From contig CAWDVR010000003.1 of assembly GCA_963805975.1 (NCBI GenBank), positions 192,001 through 256,000 of the forward strand: 64,000 bases of DNA, written 5' to 3'. The translations under genes were made by a program, and so were the position numbers. Origin of the DNA: an uncultured Acidobacteriota bacterium (GTDB taxonomy: Bacteria > Acidobacteriota > Thermoanaerobaculia > Multivoradales > SZUA-115). The notes under the pieces are model-generated. The model searched no databases. It worked only from the letters and a program-made list of their open reading frames with translations, and was not told the origin of the DNA. The stretch's first letter is position 1. Each line of letters opens with the position of its first letter. Positions 47,535 through 59,462 of the stretch are shown here, in pieces.

Positions 47535-50171
47535 TCAGGCCTGCTCCGCCGCGATGACGTAGCCCACGGGGAGGAACACGTCCTCGTAGCCCGCCGCGCG
47601 CAGCGCCAGGCGGACCCAGCGCTTCACCGGGTTCCGCGACCGCTCGAGGTGGGGCAGGAAGCGCAGCCGTTGGAAGCCGGCGTGGCGTAGCAGGTACTCG
47701 AGCTCGCCCCGGGTGTAGGTGATCTCGGTGGTGGGAGTGGTGCGGGAGAGCTCGAGCGCGTTGGCGCGCTGCCGGCGGATGTGGATCAGCGGCGAGGGGC
47801 TCTCGATCACCACCAGCACGCCGCCGGGTTTGAGCACTCGGCGGATCTCGAGCAGCACCTTGATCGGCGCCAGGGAGTGATGGATGGCGGCGATCAGGAA
47901 AGCGGCGTCGAAGCTGCCGGCCTCGAACGGCACCGCCTCGAAGCTCGAGGCGGCGAAGGTCACCTTGTCGAGGCGGCCCTCGTAGTGGCGGATGACCGCC
48001 GTCCCCACGCGCCGCAGGAACTGCTCGGAGAGATCGAGCGCCACCACCTCCTCGACCGCGTCCAGCTTCGAGAGGAAGGCCGTGGCCCAGCCGCTCCCGG
48101 CGCCGAGGTCGATCACCCGTCCGCGCACCCGCGACGCGATCTCCGGGTCGGCGAGCGCTTGGTGGAAGGCGCGGTGCGCGCCCGGCTCGTGCTGCTCGAC
48201 GACCTTCACCCACGACTCGGCCGCATCGCCGCCCAGCCGCGCCGCCACCTCTTCGGCCGCGCCGGACTCGTAGCCCATCATCTCGCGGTGCTCGGGATCA
48301 TCGGGCGAGGGGACGCGGCCGCGGACGAACCGCGGCCCTGCCCCGGTGCCCGCCGTGTGTTGGCTGCCGGGCCGAGGCTCCCCGACGGTGGCGCCGCCGG
48401 GCGGAGGCACCCGTGTCACCACCACGTCGCCCAGCACCAGGCGGTCCATGCGGGTGCGCAGGAAACAGTCGATCGCCTCTTCCGGGCGGTTGACGATGGG
48501 CTCGTTCTCGTTGAACGAGGTGTTGAGCACCATGGGCACACCGGTCGCCGCCGCGAAGGCCGAGATCAGCCGGTGGTAGCGCGGGTTGGCCTCACGCGAC
48601 ACGGTCTGCAAACGGCCGGTGCCGTCGGCGTGGGTGACGGCGGGGATCGCGGCGCGCTTCTCCGGCCGGATGGGGTAGACCTTGAGCATGAACGGGTCCG
48701 GGTAGTCGAGAGTGAACCAGTCGCCGGTCGCTTCTTCGAGCACCGAGGGCGCGAACGGGCGGAACGACTCGCGGCGCTTGATCTTGCGGTTCAGGATCTC
48801 CTTCATGTCCGGCCGCCGCGGGTCGGCGAGGATCGAGCGGTTGCCGAGCGCCCGCGGCCCCCACTCCGAGCGGCCCTGGTACCAGCCCACCACCTCGCCG
48901 GCGGCGAGCGCCGCGGCGGTCTCGCGCGCCAGGCGCTCCTCGTCGCGGACCGTCGCGACCGTCACCTCGCCCCAGCGGCCGTCGCCGCTCTCGGAACCGG
49001 GGACGCGGTCGACCAGGGCGCGGCGAACCTCCGCCTCGCCGTAGGCCGGGCCCCAGTAGGAGTGCTCCATCACGAAGCCGCGCGGCCGGCCGAGCACGGC
49101 GTGCTCCACGTAGAGCGCCGCGCCGAGCGCCGTGCCGGCGTCGCCGGCCGCGGCCTGCACGTAGATCTCCTTCACGTCCGTCCGGTCGAACAGCTTGCCG
49201 TTGGCGAGCGAGTTGAGCGCGCAGCCGCCGGCGAGCGCCAGCCGCTCGAGGCCGGTCCGCGCCTGGAGCGCGCGCACCAGGGCGAAGAAGCGTTCCTCGT
49301 ACACCTGCTGCAGCGAGGCCGCGAGGTCTTTGTGGCGCTGGGTGAGGTCGTCTTCCCTGCCGCGCGTGGGGCCCAGCAGCTCGGCGAGCGCCGGCGTGTA
49401 GACCAGGCCGAGGGTGGGGGAGCCGTCGTCCCAGCTCATGTCGACGCCCTCGGAGAGGTGGCGGAAGTAGGCGAGATCGAGGCGGAAGGTGCCGTCTTCG
49501 AGCGCCGGCACCACGCGCCGCAGCTCGGCCGCGTACCGGGGCTCCCCGTAGGCGGCGAGGCCCATCACCTTGTACTCGTCGCCAAAGCCCACGAAGCCCA
49601 GGAACTGGGTGATGGCGGTGTAGAAGAGGCCCAGGGAGTGTGGAAAATGGACGCGCTCCAGCACGTCCAGCCGAGGGCCGCGGCCGGTGGCGAGCATGGT
49701 GGAGACGAAGTCCCCGAAGCCGTCGACCGAGAGGCACATGGCCTCTTCGAAGGGCGAGCAGAAGAAGGCCGAGGCGAGGTGGGCCAGGTGGTGCTCGACG
49801 GGGTGGATGGGCGGCATCCTGCCGCCGTCTCCGAAGAGCTCGGCGAGCCGCGACTCGAGCGAGGCCACGGCGGCGAGGTTCCTCGCCCGCCCGGCCGCCC
49901 GGCCGAGGCTCCGCGGATGGGTCAGAGCCAGCCACGCCTTGCGCGCGAGATAGGCCCGCGGCTGGCGCGAGACGGCTACCGCGTCCAAGCCTCCGAGGCC
50001 GGCACCGAGCTCGGCCAGGCAGTGGCGGACGGCCTCCTCGGGAAAGCCCGCCCAGTGCTTCACGCGGCGGAAGCGCTCCTCCTCGACGCCGGTCACGAAG
50101 GCGCCGCCGGCGAGGGCAACCGCGGAGGCGTCGGCGTGGAAGGCGTTGATGCCGAGGATGCGCGTGGTCAT
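47535..50171 (-). CDS. O-carbamoyltransferase fused in frame to a class I SAM methyltransferase (878 aa as sequenced)
   Basis: ATG 50171 (ATGA-coupled); ILGINAFHAD, EEERF.R.KH, EHH.AH, PHSLG, GPRALGNRS, NTSFN; Gly/Pro linker; then IDLGAGSG, LDLS, PF..GSFD, IHH, RVLKPGG. Confidence 0.85.
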   Translation of the reverse strand: MTTRILGINAFHADASAVALAGGAFVTGVEEERFRRVKHWAGFPEEAVRHCLAELGAGLGGLDAVAVSRQPRAYLARKAWLALTHPRSLGRAAGRARNLAAVASLESRLAELFGDGGRMPPIHPVEHHLAHLASAFFCSPFEEAMCLSVDGFGDFVSTMLATGRGPRLDVLERVHFPHSLGLFYTAITQFLGFVGFGDEYKVMGLAAYGEPRYAAELRRVVPALEDGTFRLDLAYFRHLSEGVDMSWDDGSPTLGLVYTPALAELLGPTRGREDDLTQRHKDLAASLQQVYEERFFALVRALQARTGLERLALAGGCALNSLANGKLFDRTDVKEIYVQAAAGDAGTALGAALYVEHAVLGRPRGFVMEHSYWGPAYGEAEVRRALVDRVPGSESGDGRWGEVTVATVRDEERLARETAAALAAGEVVGWYQGRSEWGPRALGNRSILADPRRPDMKEILNRKIKRRESFRPFAPSVLEEATGDWFTLDYPDPFMLKVYPIRPEKRAAIPAVTHADGTGRLQTVSREANPRYHRLISAFAAATGVPMVLNTSFNENEPIVNRPEEAIDCFLRTRMDRLVLGDVVVTRVPPPGGATVGEPRPGSQHTAGTGAGPRFVRGRVPSPDDPEHREMMGYESGAAEEVAARLGGDAAESWVKVVEQHEPGAHRAFHQALADPEIASRVRGRVIDLGAGSGWATAFLSKLDAVEEVVALDLSEQFLRRVGTAVIRHYEGRLDKVTFAASSFEAVPFEAGSFDAAFLIAAIHHSLAPIKVLLEIRRVLKPGGVLVVIESPSPLIHIRRQRANALELSRTTPTTEITYTRGELEYLLRHAGFQRLRFLPHLERSRNPVKRWVRLALRAAGYEDVFLPVGYVIAAEQA

Positions 50172-51037
50172 CGCGAGCTGGGGTGCGGGTCTTCCGCCAG
50201 GATCTCCGCCAGCCGCACGTCCACCACCAGGCGGAACCAGAAGGCCTGGAGAAAATGGAAGAGGAAGCCGGTCCTGCCGTCGAGAAAGCCCAGGAGGAAG
50301 ACGTAGCGGTAGACGAAGTAGAGGAACGGGCGCAGGAAGAGTGGCATCCGGTACCAGCGCTCCTTCAGCCACAGCACGCGCTCGTCCGGGGTGCCGAAGA
50401 ACCGGCCCCGCACCTTGAAGGCCAGGCCCTCGCGGCGGCGCTTCGCCTCCTCCTGGGCGAAGGCCTCGGCGTAGCGCAGGTGCTTCTCGAGGTAGAAGAG
50501 GATCGCCTCCTCCTTGCGGTTCCATTCCTCGAGCGGCGCCCGGAGCCTCGCCACCGGCCCGCGCACGTAGACCCGCGTGTCCTGCTCCACCGGGTCGAGC
50601 TCGCCCTTGGCGCGGCGGAAGAGCTTCAACAGGAACTTGCCGCCGTAGCCGCCGAAGCGCAGCCGCTTGCCGCGGAACACCTGCACGCGCCGGATGTAGA
50701 AGCCGTCGGCCGGGATCTCCGGCTGCGCGAAGAGCTCTTCGAGCTCGGCCTTGAGCTCGGGGGTGAGCGCCTGGTCGGCCTCGAGGATCAGCACCCATTC
50801 GTGGCGGATCTCCAGGTGGTCGAGCCCCCACTGAAAGATCCACGGGATGATGCGCCCGTGCTCGTAGGGGAGGTTCACCACCTCGTCGGCATAGCGGCGG
50901 GCGATCTCGACCGTGCCGTCCGTGGACTCGGAGTCGAGCACCAGGATCTGGCCGGCGAAGCCGTGCACGCTGGCGAGCGAGCGGCCGAGGTTCGCTGCTT
51001 CGTTGCGGGTGGTGACGAGGACAGTGACCGGAATCAT
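50168..51037 (-). CDS. Glycosyltransferase family 2 (WaaE/KdtX-like)
   Basis: TRNEAANL, LDSESTDGT..IA, W.LILEADQ, Y...LGFLDG. Confidence 0.9.
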   Translation of the reverse strand: MIPVTVLVTTRNEAANLGRSLASVHGFAGQILVLDSESTDGTVEIARRYADEVVNLPYEHGRIIPWIFQWGLDHLEIRHEWVLILEADQALTPELKAELEELFAQPEIPADGFYIRRVQVFRGKRLRFGGYGGKFLLKLFRRAKGELDPVEQDTRVYVRGPVARLRAPLEEWNRKEEAILFYLEKHLRYAEAFAQEEAKRRREGLAFKVRGRFFGTPDERVLWLKERWYRMPLFLRPFLYFVYRYVFLLGFLDGRTGFLFHFLQAFWFRLVVDVRLAEILAEDPHPSSR

Positions 51038-52171
51038 CGCTTCACGCTGGCGGCGGCGCGAAGGATACCCCGCCAGGTGGCCGCGTAGTCCCAGCGGGCC
51101 AGGATCGCGCGGTTGCTGCGCTCCACCTCCGCGGGCACCAGCCGGGTGAGGCACTGCTCGACCCGCGTCGCGAGCTCGGCCGCGTTGCCGGCCACGTACA
51201 CGAAGCCGTTCTTGCCGGGGTCGATCAGGTCGTGGCCGGCGCCCACCCGCGAGGAGGCGATCACCGGCAGGCCGCAGGCCATGGCCTCGGGCACGGAGAC
51301 CCCCCAGCGCTCCTCGGCCGCGGCGTGCACGAAGAGGTCCGAGGCGGCATAGAGGCTGGGCAGCTCGGCGAAGGGCACGTAGCCGAGGAAGCGCACCCGC
51401 GAGGAGAGCCCGTGCTGCTGCCGCGAACGCTTCGAGGCGCGGCTGGTCGGGGCCGTCCCCGGCCACCGCGAGCCAGGGCCGCTCGCCTTCGTAGAGGAGG
51501 AGCGCGGCGAGCAGGTCCCACGGCGCCTCGCGGGCGTTGAGCTTGGCCACCACCGTCACCACCGGCCCCTCCCCCGGCAGGCCGTGGCGCGCGCGGTAGG
51601 CGCCGCGCTCCCCGGCCGCCAGCGCCGAGCGCTGGCGGAAGCTCTCGACGTCCACGGCGTAGGTGAAGTGCGCGATCCGCTGCGGCTCGATGCCGAAGAA
51701 CGTGAGGTAGCGGCTGCTGAGCGTGCCCACGCCGAAGAAGAGGTCGTAGAGGCGGGTGAGGAGGGCGCGGTAGAGCAGCCGCTTCACCCGCCGGCGGCGC
51801 CAGGAGTCCGCGAACTCCACCGAGTCCAGCCGCAGGCCGGTCGCCACCCCTGCGCGGCGGGCGGCGAGCGCCGCCCCGAGGTAGGCACGATGGGTATAGC
51901 CGTTGGTGATCAGGAGGTCATACTGCTCCCGGGCGAGCTCCTGCTTCCAGAACCGCCGCCGCCCCTGGGCCGGGAGCACGGCGTGGTCGTAGCCACCCAT
52001 CAGGTCGAAGCCCCAGGAGACCCGGCGCCCGAGCTCGGGGTCGAAACGCGCCTCGCCGCTCTCGGCCGTGGTGTAGATCACCCGCAGCCGGTGCTCGGGG
52101 TCGGACGCGGCGAAGCGAAAGAAGGGCACGTCGAACTGCGTAGGCCGCTCGACCAGAAAGCCGATTCGCAT
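51034..52171 (-). CDS. Glycosyltransferase family 4; frameshifted at ~51421
   Basis: N part FDPELG..V.W..DL..GY ... VAGDGP; removing one G restores AFAQQHGLSSRVRFLGYV..Y..SDLFV....E.WG....EAMACGLPV. Confidence 0.85.
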
Positions 52172-52224
52172 GAAGAAGTTAGCTTAACTCAAGGATCGCC
52201 GGCCCGGTAAGACAGGCGCGCAAG

Positions 52225-52827
52225 CTAGGTCCCTGGCGAACTTTCGGGGGGCGCGCTCTCGGGCAGAGGCAGGAAGAGCGATCCCACGTCGATCTCGATC
52301 GCCTCGAACGGCGGGATCGCGGCCCGCTGGCCGTCCGTCCAGGCGCCGAGCCTCACCCAGCGGCCGGACTCTGCCTCCAGGGCCTCGAGGCTGCGCAGAT
52401 CGGTGTCGATCAACCAGTAGAAGGGTACGCCGCCTGCGAGGTAGAGGTCGGCCTTGGTCAGCCGGTCGCGGCGAGCGCTGCTCGGCGAGAGGACTTCGCA
52501 GACCCAGTCCGGCGCCAGCTCGATCGGCCGCTCCTGCGGCAGCTCCGGCAGCCGCGAGCGCCGCCAGCCGGCGAGGTCCGGGCTCACGATGTCGTGCGGG
52601 CCGAAGGCGATGTCCGGCTCGATCACGATCCACCAGCCGCCGGGCCCGCTCTCACCGAGGTCGAATGGCGGCGTCAACCGGGAAGTGAGGACGGCCTGGG
52701 AGCGCCCGTGCGGTGGCCGGGGCCGCGGCATCAAGGAAAGCTCGCCGTGGATCACCTCGGCCTTGAGGCTCTCGGGAGCGGCGAGGATGTCCTGCCAGCC
52801 GGCGGGTCGTCGGAGCGGCTCGGCCAT
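52225..52827 (-). CDS. Uma2 (DUF820) family endonuclease-like protein
   Basis: EVIHGEL...PRP...H, PDLAGW, PDWVCEVLSPS, K..Y...GVP.YWLID. Confidence 0.92.
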   Translation of the reverse strand: MAEPLRRPAGWQDILAAPESLKAEVIHGELSLMPRPRPPHGRSQAVLTSRLTPPFDLGESGPGGWWIVIEPDIAFGPHDIVSPDLAGWRRSRLPELPQERPIELAPDWVCEVLSPSSARRDRLTKADLYLAGGVPFYWLIDTDLRSLEALEAESGRWVRLGAWTDGQRAAIPPFEAIEIDVGSLFLPLPESAPPESSPGT

Positions 52828-52886
52828 GGGGGAAGGATACGATAAGGAACGCAGGCCGCGAACCAGACCCGAGGAGGAGGAGTGAG

Positions 52887-53114
52887 ATGAAAGAGCTTCG
52901 CGACAAGGACACCGGCAAGACCATTGGCTCGATCACCGAGGCGCAGCTTCAGTTCCTGGTCCAGCAGCTCGAGGAGGAGTCGCCGGAAGACCAGGACTAC
53001 TACCTGAACCGCGCCACCCTGGACCTCTTCGTCGAGCAGGGGATCGACCCGCAGCTCCTCGAGCTTCTCCGCACCGCCATGGGCGATCGCGAGGAGATGG
53101 AGATCGCCTGGTAG
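52887..53114 (+). CDS. Small acidic conserved hypothetical protein
   Basis: Strong GAGGAGGAGG RBS; G.ITE.QLQFL..QLEEES.EDQDYY.N..TLD. Confidence 0.8.
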   Translation: MKELRDKDTGKTIGSITEAQLQFLVQQLEEESPEDQDYYLNRATLDLFVEQGIDPQLLELLRTAMGDREEMEIAW

Positions 53115-53267
53115 CGGGCTTGGGGCGGCTTCGAGCGCGGCCCCTGCCCAGGGCGTGCTACCCTACGAAAATAAACCGGATCATCGCCTGAGACCGAGCC
53201 AGCCGCGGCAGGAACCGGCTGGCGTTCGTCGTGGCCCGGCTCGGCGGGCGAGAACAGGAGGAGCGCG

Positions 53268-54968
53268 ATGCTCGAAGCTCGACGTCTGCTCGCCGCCGCC
53301 TTGACCCTCGCCTGTATCGCCGCCTGCTCGAGGAGGGAGGCCCCCCCTCCGCCGGCTGCGGAGACTCCTCCGGCACCGGCCGCGGCCCTGGCGTGCGACA
53401 CGGCCACCACTCCGCCGCCGGACTCCAACTTCCCGGCCGGGTTCGACTACCCGCAGCAGACCGCGAGCTGGGTAACGGCCCGAGAAGGCGACCGCATGCG
53501 GACCCACGGCTGGTGCCTGTTCGCGGGCCTCAACCAGCAGGCGCAAGCGAACGCCGAGTTCAACTGGCAGGCGTGGAAGACCTCGACCCAGGTCTTCCCC
53601 TACCAGTACAACCCGTGGCCGCTCCAGGGCGGGGGGCTCACTCAGCGGCCCGCGTCGCTCAATGCCAAGAACGCCGCCAACGCGAGCACCGCAGGCCCCA
53701 ACCCGATCAACATCCCGAATCCTCCGGTCTACCCGCTGAACGCGGCGATCCTCGGCAACCCGGCCTACAAGCAGTGCCTGATGCCGGCCGGCTGTACGAC
53801 GAACTGTGCGCTGCGCGACGGTGAAAGCTTTGAGAACAACGGCGACATCATGGTCGCCGGCGTGATCTACAACGACGCCGCGGCGGCCAACATCCAGAGC
53901 TCGAGCCTGTTCGACGCCGGCGTGCTCAATAGCGAGCTGCCCTTGCAGCCGACCGACCGCTCGAACTCGATCGGCCTCTTCCCACCGGCTTCGATCGTGC
54001 TCAAGACGATGATGTGGCCGGTGGCCAGGGGCGGCTTCACCGTCTTGCCGGTCTGGGACTGGGAGGCGCACCTGCCGGGCTCCGCGGACGACGGCAAGTA
54101 TGCGGGCTACGAAATGAAGGCGATGTGGACGCGGGCGGTGGCCATCACCGACCTGCCCAACCCCACGCCGCCGCCCGCGGTGAAGTTCCTCCACGGGGTG
54201 CTGAACAGCGACGGTACTCCCTTGGGCCCGAACACCTACGACAACACCCACCAGACGAGCCCGCCCGCCTTCACCGTGGCCTCGGTCCGAGACTTCTACC
54301 ATCGCCAGTACCAGCAGGCAGACCTCGACGCGCTGTCGGCCTGCGACCGCGCGATCCTCGACGCCTCGGCCTACTGGACCTACGACCGCGCCTTCGAGGC
54401 TGGCGACTACTTGGTGCTGATGGCCACGCACATTCTGACCAAGGAGCAGCCGGACTGGACCTTCCAGTCCGTGTGGTGGCACCCGGACGCCAAGGCTTGC
54501 CCGGATAGCCTGCGTTTCTGCGGCGATCGCCCCACCAACCTCGCCGACACCACTTTCCAGAACTACATGCTGACCACCACCTACGGCCAGGCCCAGAAAC
54601 AGACCAACCCGCCCAAGGACAACTACTACGCCCCGGCCGGGACGCTGGGTGCCGTCTGGCCGGTGGCCTACAACCCCTACATCGAGCTGGCGGCGGCGCA
54701 CCCGATCACCACCAACTGCATGAACTGCCACCACCGTGCCGCCTGGCCGCCGCGCGCCGAGCTCGACAAACCGGACGAAGGGCGCACCTCGGCCTACCTG
54801 CAGGCGGCCCCGCCCAACCCGAACGCGCTCGAGCTGTTCGACTCCGGCAACCAGGTCTTCAACGGCCTGTTGATGCTCGATTCGATGTGGGCGGTGAGCG
54901 ACCGCGCGGCCTACCGCGATGCGCAGGCGGCCGCGCAGGCTGCCCGAGCGAAAGAGCCGAAGCCCTAG
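53268..54968 (+). CDS. Lipoprotein with single C-terminal CxxCH motif (putative c-type cytochrome)
   Basis: Lipobox-like IAAC; H...KEQPDWTF; NPYIE...TNCMNCHH (54717-54731). Confidence 0.72.
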   Translation: MLEARRLLAAALTLACIAACSRREAPPPPAAETPPAPAAALACDTATTPPPDSNFPAGFDYPQQTASWVTAREGDRMRTHGWCLFAGLNQQAQANAEFNWQAWKTSTQVFPYQYNPWPLQGGGLTQRPASLNAKNAANASTAGPNPINIPNPPVYPLNAAILGNPAYKQCLMPAGCTTNCALRDGESFENNGDIMVAGVIYNDAAAANIQSSSLFDAGVLNSELPLQPTDRSNSIGLFPPASIVLKTMMWPVARGGFTVLPVWDWEAHLPGSADDGKYAGYEMKAMWTRAVAITDLPNPTPPPAVKFLHGVLNSDGTPLGPNTYDNTHQTSPPAFTVASVRDFYHRQYQQADLDALSACDRAILDASAYWTYDRAFEAGDYLVLMATHILTKEQPDWTFQSVWWHPDAKACPDSLRFCGDRPTNLADTTFQNYMLTTTYGQAQKQTNPPKDNYYAPAGTLGAVWPVAYNPYIELAAAHPITTNCMNCHHRAAWPPRAELDKPDEGRTSAYLQAAPPNPNALELFDSGNQVFNGLLMLDSMWAVSDRAAYRDAQAAAQAARAKEPKP

Positions 54969-54986
54969 CTCTGTCTGGGCCGGCCG

Positions 54987-57443
54987 CTAGCGCGGCGGGT
55001 CCTCGTGGCCTTCGCGATCCTCGGGCTCCTGGCGATCGCGGTCCTCGTCGCCGCCGAAGATCTTGCGCAGCCAGCGGCGCACGCCGCGGCCGTCGCGGCG
55101 CTCGCTCGAGGGCTGGGAGCCCAGGCCCTCGATCTCGCCGCGCGGGCCGCCCAGCCAGCCGCGGTGGAGCACGCAGTAGGTGGTGGGCTCCTGGCCGCGG
55201 GCGTAGATCTCGGTCACCACCTCGGGGCAGTCGTCGGTGGCGAGCTCGCCGGAGGCGGGATCGATCACCGCGCTGACGATGCCCGCCGGCGCGGCGAAGC
55301 CCGGGTAGCCGGCGGCGGGCCGCACGGCGCGGGTGAAGCGCGCCCAGATCGGCAGCGCGGCGCGCGAGCCCGACATGCGGGTGGCGGTGTTGTCGTCGTA
55401 GCCCACCCAGACCACGGTGGTGCGGTTGGGGGAGAAGCCGCCGAACCAACTGTCGCGGCGGCTGTTGGAGGTGCCGGTCTTGCCCGCCAGCGGGTCGCCA
55501 AGGCCGGCCTGCCGCACGCCGGCGGCGGTGCCGTGGTCGACCACGCCCTGGAGGATCGAGGTCAGCAGGTAGGCCGTCTGCTTGGAGATCACCTTCTCCG
55601 GCGCCGGCAGCGGTTCGCCCTCGACCGGCCGGCCCGCGGCGTCGAAGACCGCGTTGACCGTGTGCACCGGCGGCCGCACGCCGCCCGCGGCGACGGTGGA
55701 GTAGACCGCGGCGAGCTCCACCGGCGAGACCTCGAAAGCGCCCAGCGCGAGCGCCGGGTAGGGCTCCAGCGGGGCGGTGATCCCCATGCCGCGAGCGGTG
55801 GTCACGATCTCTTCGAGCCCGGTCTCGAGCGCCACGCGGGCGGTGGGGATGTTGAGGCTCTTCTCCATCGCGGCACGCACCGTCACCCAGCCGGCGTACT
55901 CGTCGTCGTCGTTCTGCGGCGTCCAGGTGCGGCCGCCGACCGAGACGGTGAGCGGCGCGTCCTCCACCATCGTCGACGGCGTCACCACCCGGCGCTCGAT
56001 CGCCGTCGCATAGACCACGGGCTTGAAGGCGCTCCCCGCCTGGCGCCGGGCCTGGCCGGCGCGGTCGAACTGCGAGGCGCCGTACTCGCGCCCGCCCACG
56101 TAGGCGAGCACCGAGCCGTCGCGGGGGTCGACGGAGACCAGCGCCGCCTGCAGCGGGCTCACCGTCTTGGCGTTCTTCTGCCAGCCCTTCTCGAGCGCGG
56201 CGAGACCCCATCCCACCGCCTCCTCCGCCGCCTTCTGATCGGCGAGCGAGAGGGTCGAGAGGATGGTGTAGCCCTGGTCCGGCAGCTCGGAGAGGCCGAA
56301 GCGGGCCGCGGTCTCGGCGGCCACGGCGTCGGCGAAGTAGGGCGCGCGGCGGCGCAGAGGCGGCTGCGACGCGACGTTCAGGTGCTCGATCCGCGCCGCG
56401 GCGATCGCCGCCGCGTCGGCGGTCTTCAGCACCTCCAGGCGGTCGAGGACGTGGTTGCGGCGCTCGACCGCCTTCTCGGGATGGGTGAGCGGCGAGTAGT
56501 TGCCCGGCGCCGGGATCAGGCCGGCCAGGGTCGCGGCCTCGGCCAGGGTGAGATCGGAGACGTCCTTGCCGAAGTAGGCGCGCGCCGCGGCGCCCATGCC
56601 ATGGAGGTTGGCGCCGCCCGCCGCGCCCATGTAGATCTCGTTCAGGTAGGCCTCGAGAATTTGGGTCTTCTTGTATCGGAGCTCGACGCAGAAGGCGATG
56701 ACGCTCTCCTGGAGCTTGCGGCCCAGGGAGCGCTCGTGCGTGAGGTAGAGGTTCTTGACCAGCTGCTGGGTGAGGGTGCTGCCCCCCTGGCGGAGCTCGC
56801 CGCCCTTGAGGTTCACCCACAGGGCACGGAGCGTGCCCTTGGCCGAGACCCCGGCGTGGCGAAAGAAGCTCGCGTCCTCGGCCGCCAGCACCGCCTGCAC
56901 CAGCACGTCCGGCGTCTCCTCGAGCAGGAGCGGCCGGCGCTCGCGGACCTCCTCGCCGTAGTAGGAGGCGATCAAGGGTGGCTCGAGCGGGGCCGCCTCG
57001 ACCTGCTGCCCGCCGACGACGAGGCGGCGCACGCGGCGGTCGTCGAGGTGGGCCTCGAGCAGCTCTCCTCCGACCCACCCGGCCGGGGTGGGGAAGCTGC
57101 GCAGGAAGATCTCGGCCTTCTCCGGGGTCAGGCGGAAGCGTCCCTGGCGGACCGGCCCGGCCGGCGGCGCCTGGTGGTAGCCGACGCTCTCGAGGTGCCG
57201 CGCGAGGTTCTTGGAGTCGAGGTAGCCGCCCTGGGAGAGCACCACCGAGCGGCCGTAGAGGCGGGAGGGCTGCTGGCGCCGGGTCTCGGCAAATTGGCCG
57301 GAGAGCTGCCAGAAAGGCCGCAGCCACCAGAAGAGGAGCAGGAGGAGGCCCGCGGAGCCCGTCCCCAAAGTGAGCAGAATCTTGCGCTTGAGGCTCGCCG
57401 CCCGCCAATAGGCGCGCAGGCGGCGCCAACCTGTGAATCCCAT
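54987..57443 (-). CDS. mrcB: Class A penicillin-binding protein (PBP1B-like transglycosylase/transpeptidase)
   Basis: N-terminal TM, UB2H-like region, AED..F..H.G, QGGSTLTQQLVKN, RK..E, GSAFKP (SxxK), SLN, KTGT. Confidence 0.9.
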   Translation of the reverse strand: MGFTGWRRLRAYWRAASLKRKILLTLGTGSAGLLLLLFWWLRPFWQLSGQFAETRRQQPSRLYGRSVVLSQGGYLDSKNLARHLESVGYHQAPPAGPVRQGRFRLTPEKAEIFLRSFPTPAGWVGGELLEAHLDDRRVRRLVVGGQQVEAAPLEPPLIASYYGEEVRERRPLLLEETPDVLVQAVLAAEDASFFRHAGVSAKGTLRALWVNLKGGELRQGGSTLTQQLVKNLYLTHERSLGRKLQESVIAFCVELRYKKTQILEAYLNEIYMGAAGGANLHGMGAAARAYFGKDVSDLTLAEAATLAGLIPAPGNYSPLTHPEKAVERRNHVLDRLEVLKTADAAAIAAARIEHLNVASQPPLRRRAPYFADAVAAETAARFGLSELPDQGYTILSTLSLADQKAAEEAVGWGLAALEKGWQKNAKTVSPLQAALVSVDPRDGSVLAYVGGREYGASQFDRAGQARRQAGSAFKPVVYATAIERRVVTPSTMVEDAPLTVSVGGRTWTPQNDDDEYAGWVTVRAAMEKSLNIPTARVALETGLEEIVTTARGMGITAPLEPYPALALGAFEVSPVELAAVYSTVAAGGVRPPVHTVNAVFDAAGRPVEGEPLPAPEKVISKQTAYLLTSILQGVVDHGTAAGVRQAGLGDPLAGKTGTSNSRRDSWFGGFSPNRTTVVWVGYDDNTATRMSGSRAALPIWARFTRAVRPAAGYPGFAAPAGIVSAVIDPASGELATDDCPEVVTEIYARGQEPTTYCVLHRGWLGGPRGEIEGLGSQPSSERRDGRGVRRWLRKIFGGDEDRDRQEPEDREGHEDPPR

Positions 57444-57506
57444 GCTTTCGCCCTGAAGCAAAACCCTGGCCCGGAAGCGGGTGGGCACCTTGATATCCTC
57501 GCTCCG

Positions 57507-59458
<1,952 letters not shown>

Positions 59459-59462
<4 letters not shown>

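Noticed and set aside
52887-53114. 'Galactosyldiacylglycerol synthase' label often attached to similar small proteins
   Set aside because: 75 aa is far too short for a glycosyltransferase, and no GT motif is present.
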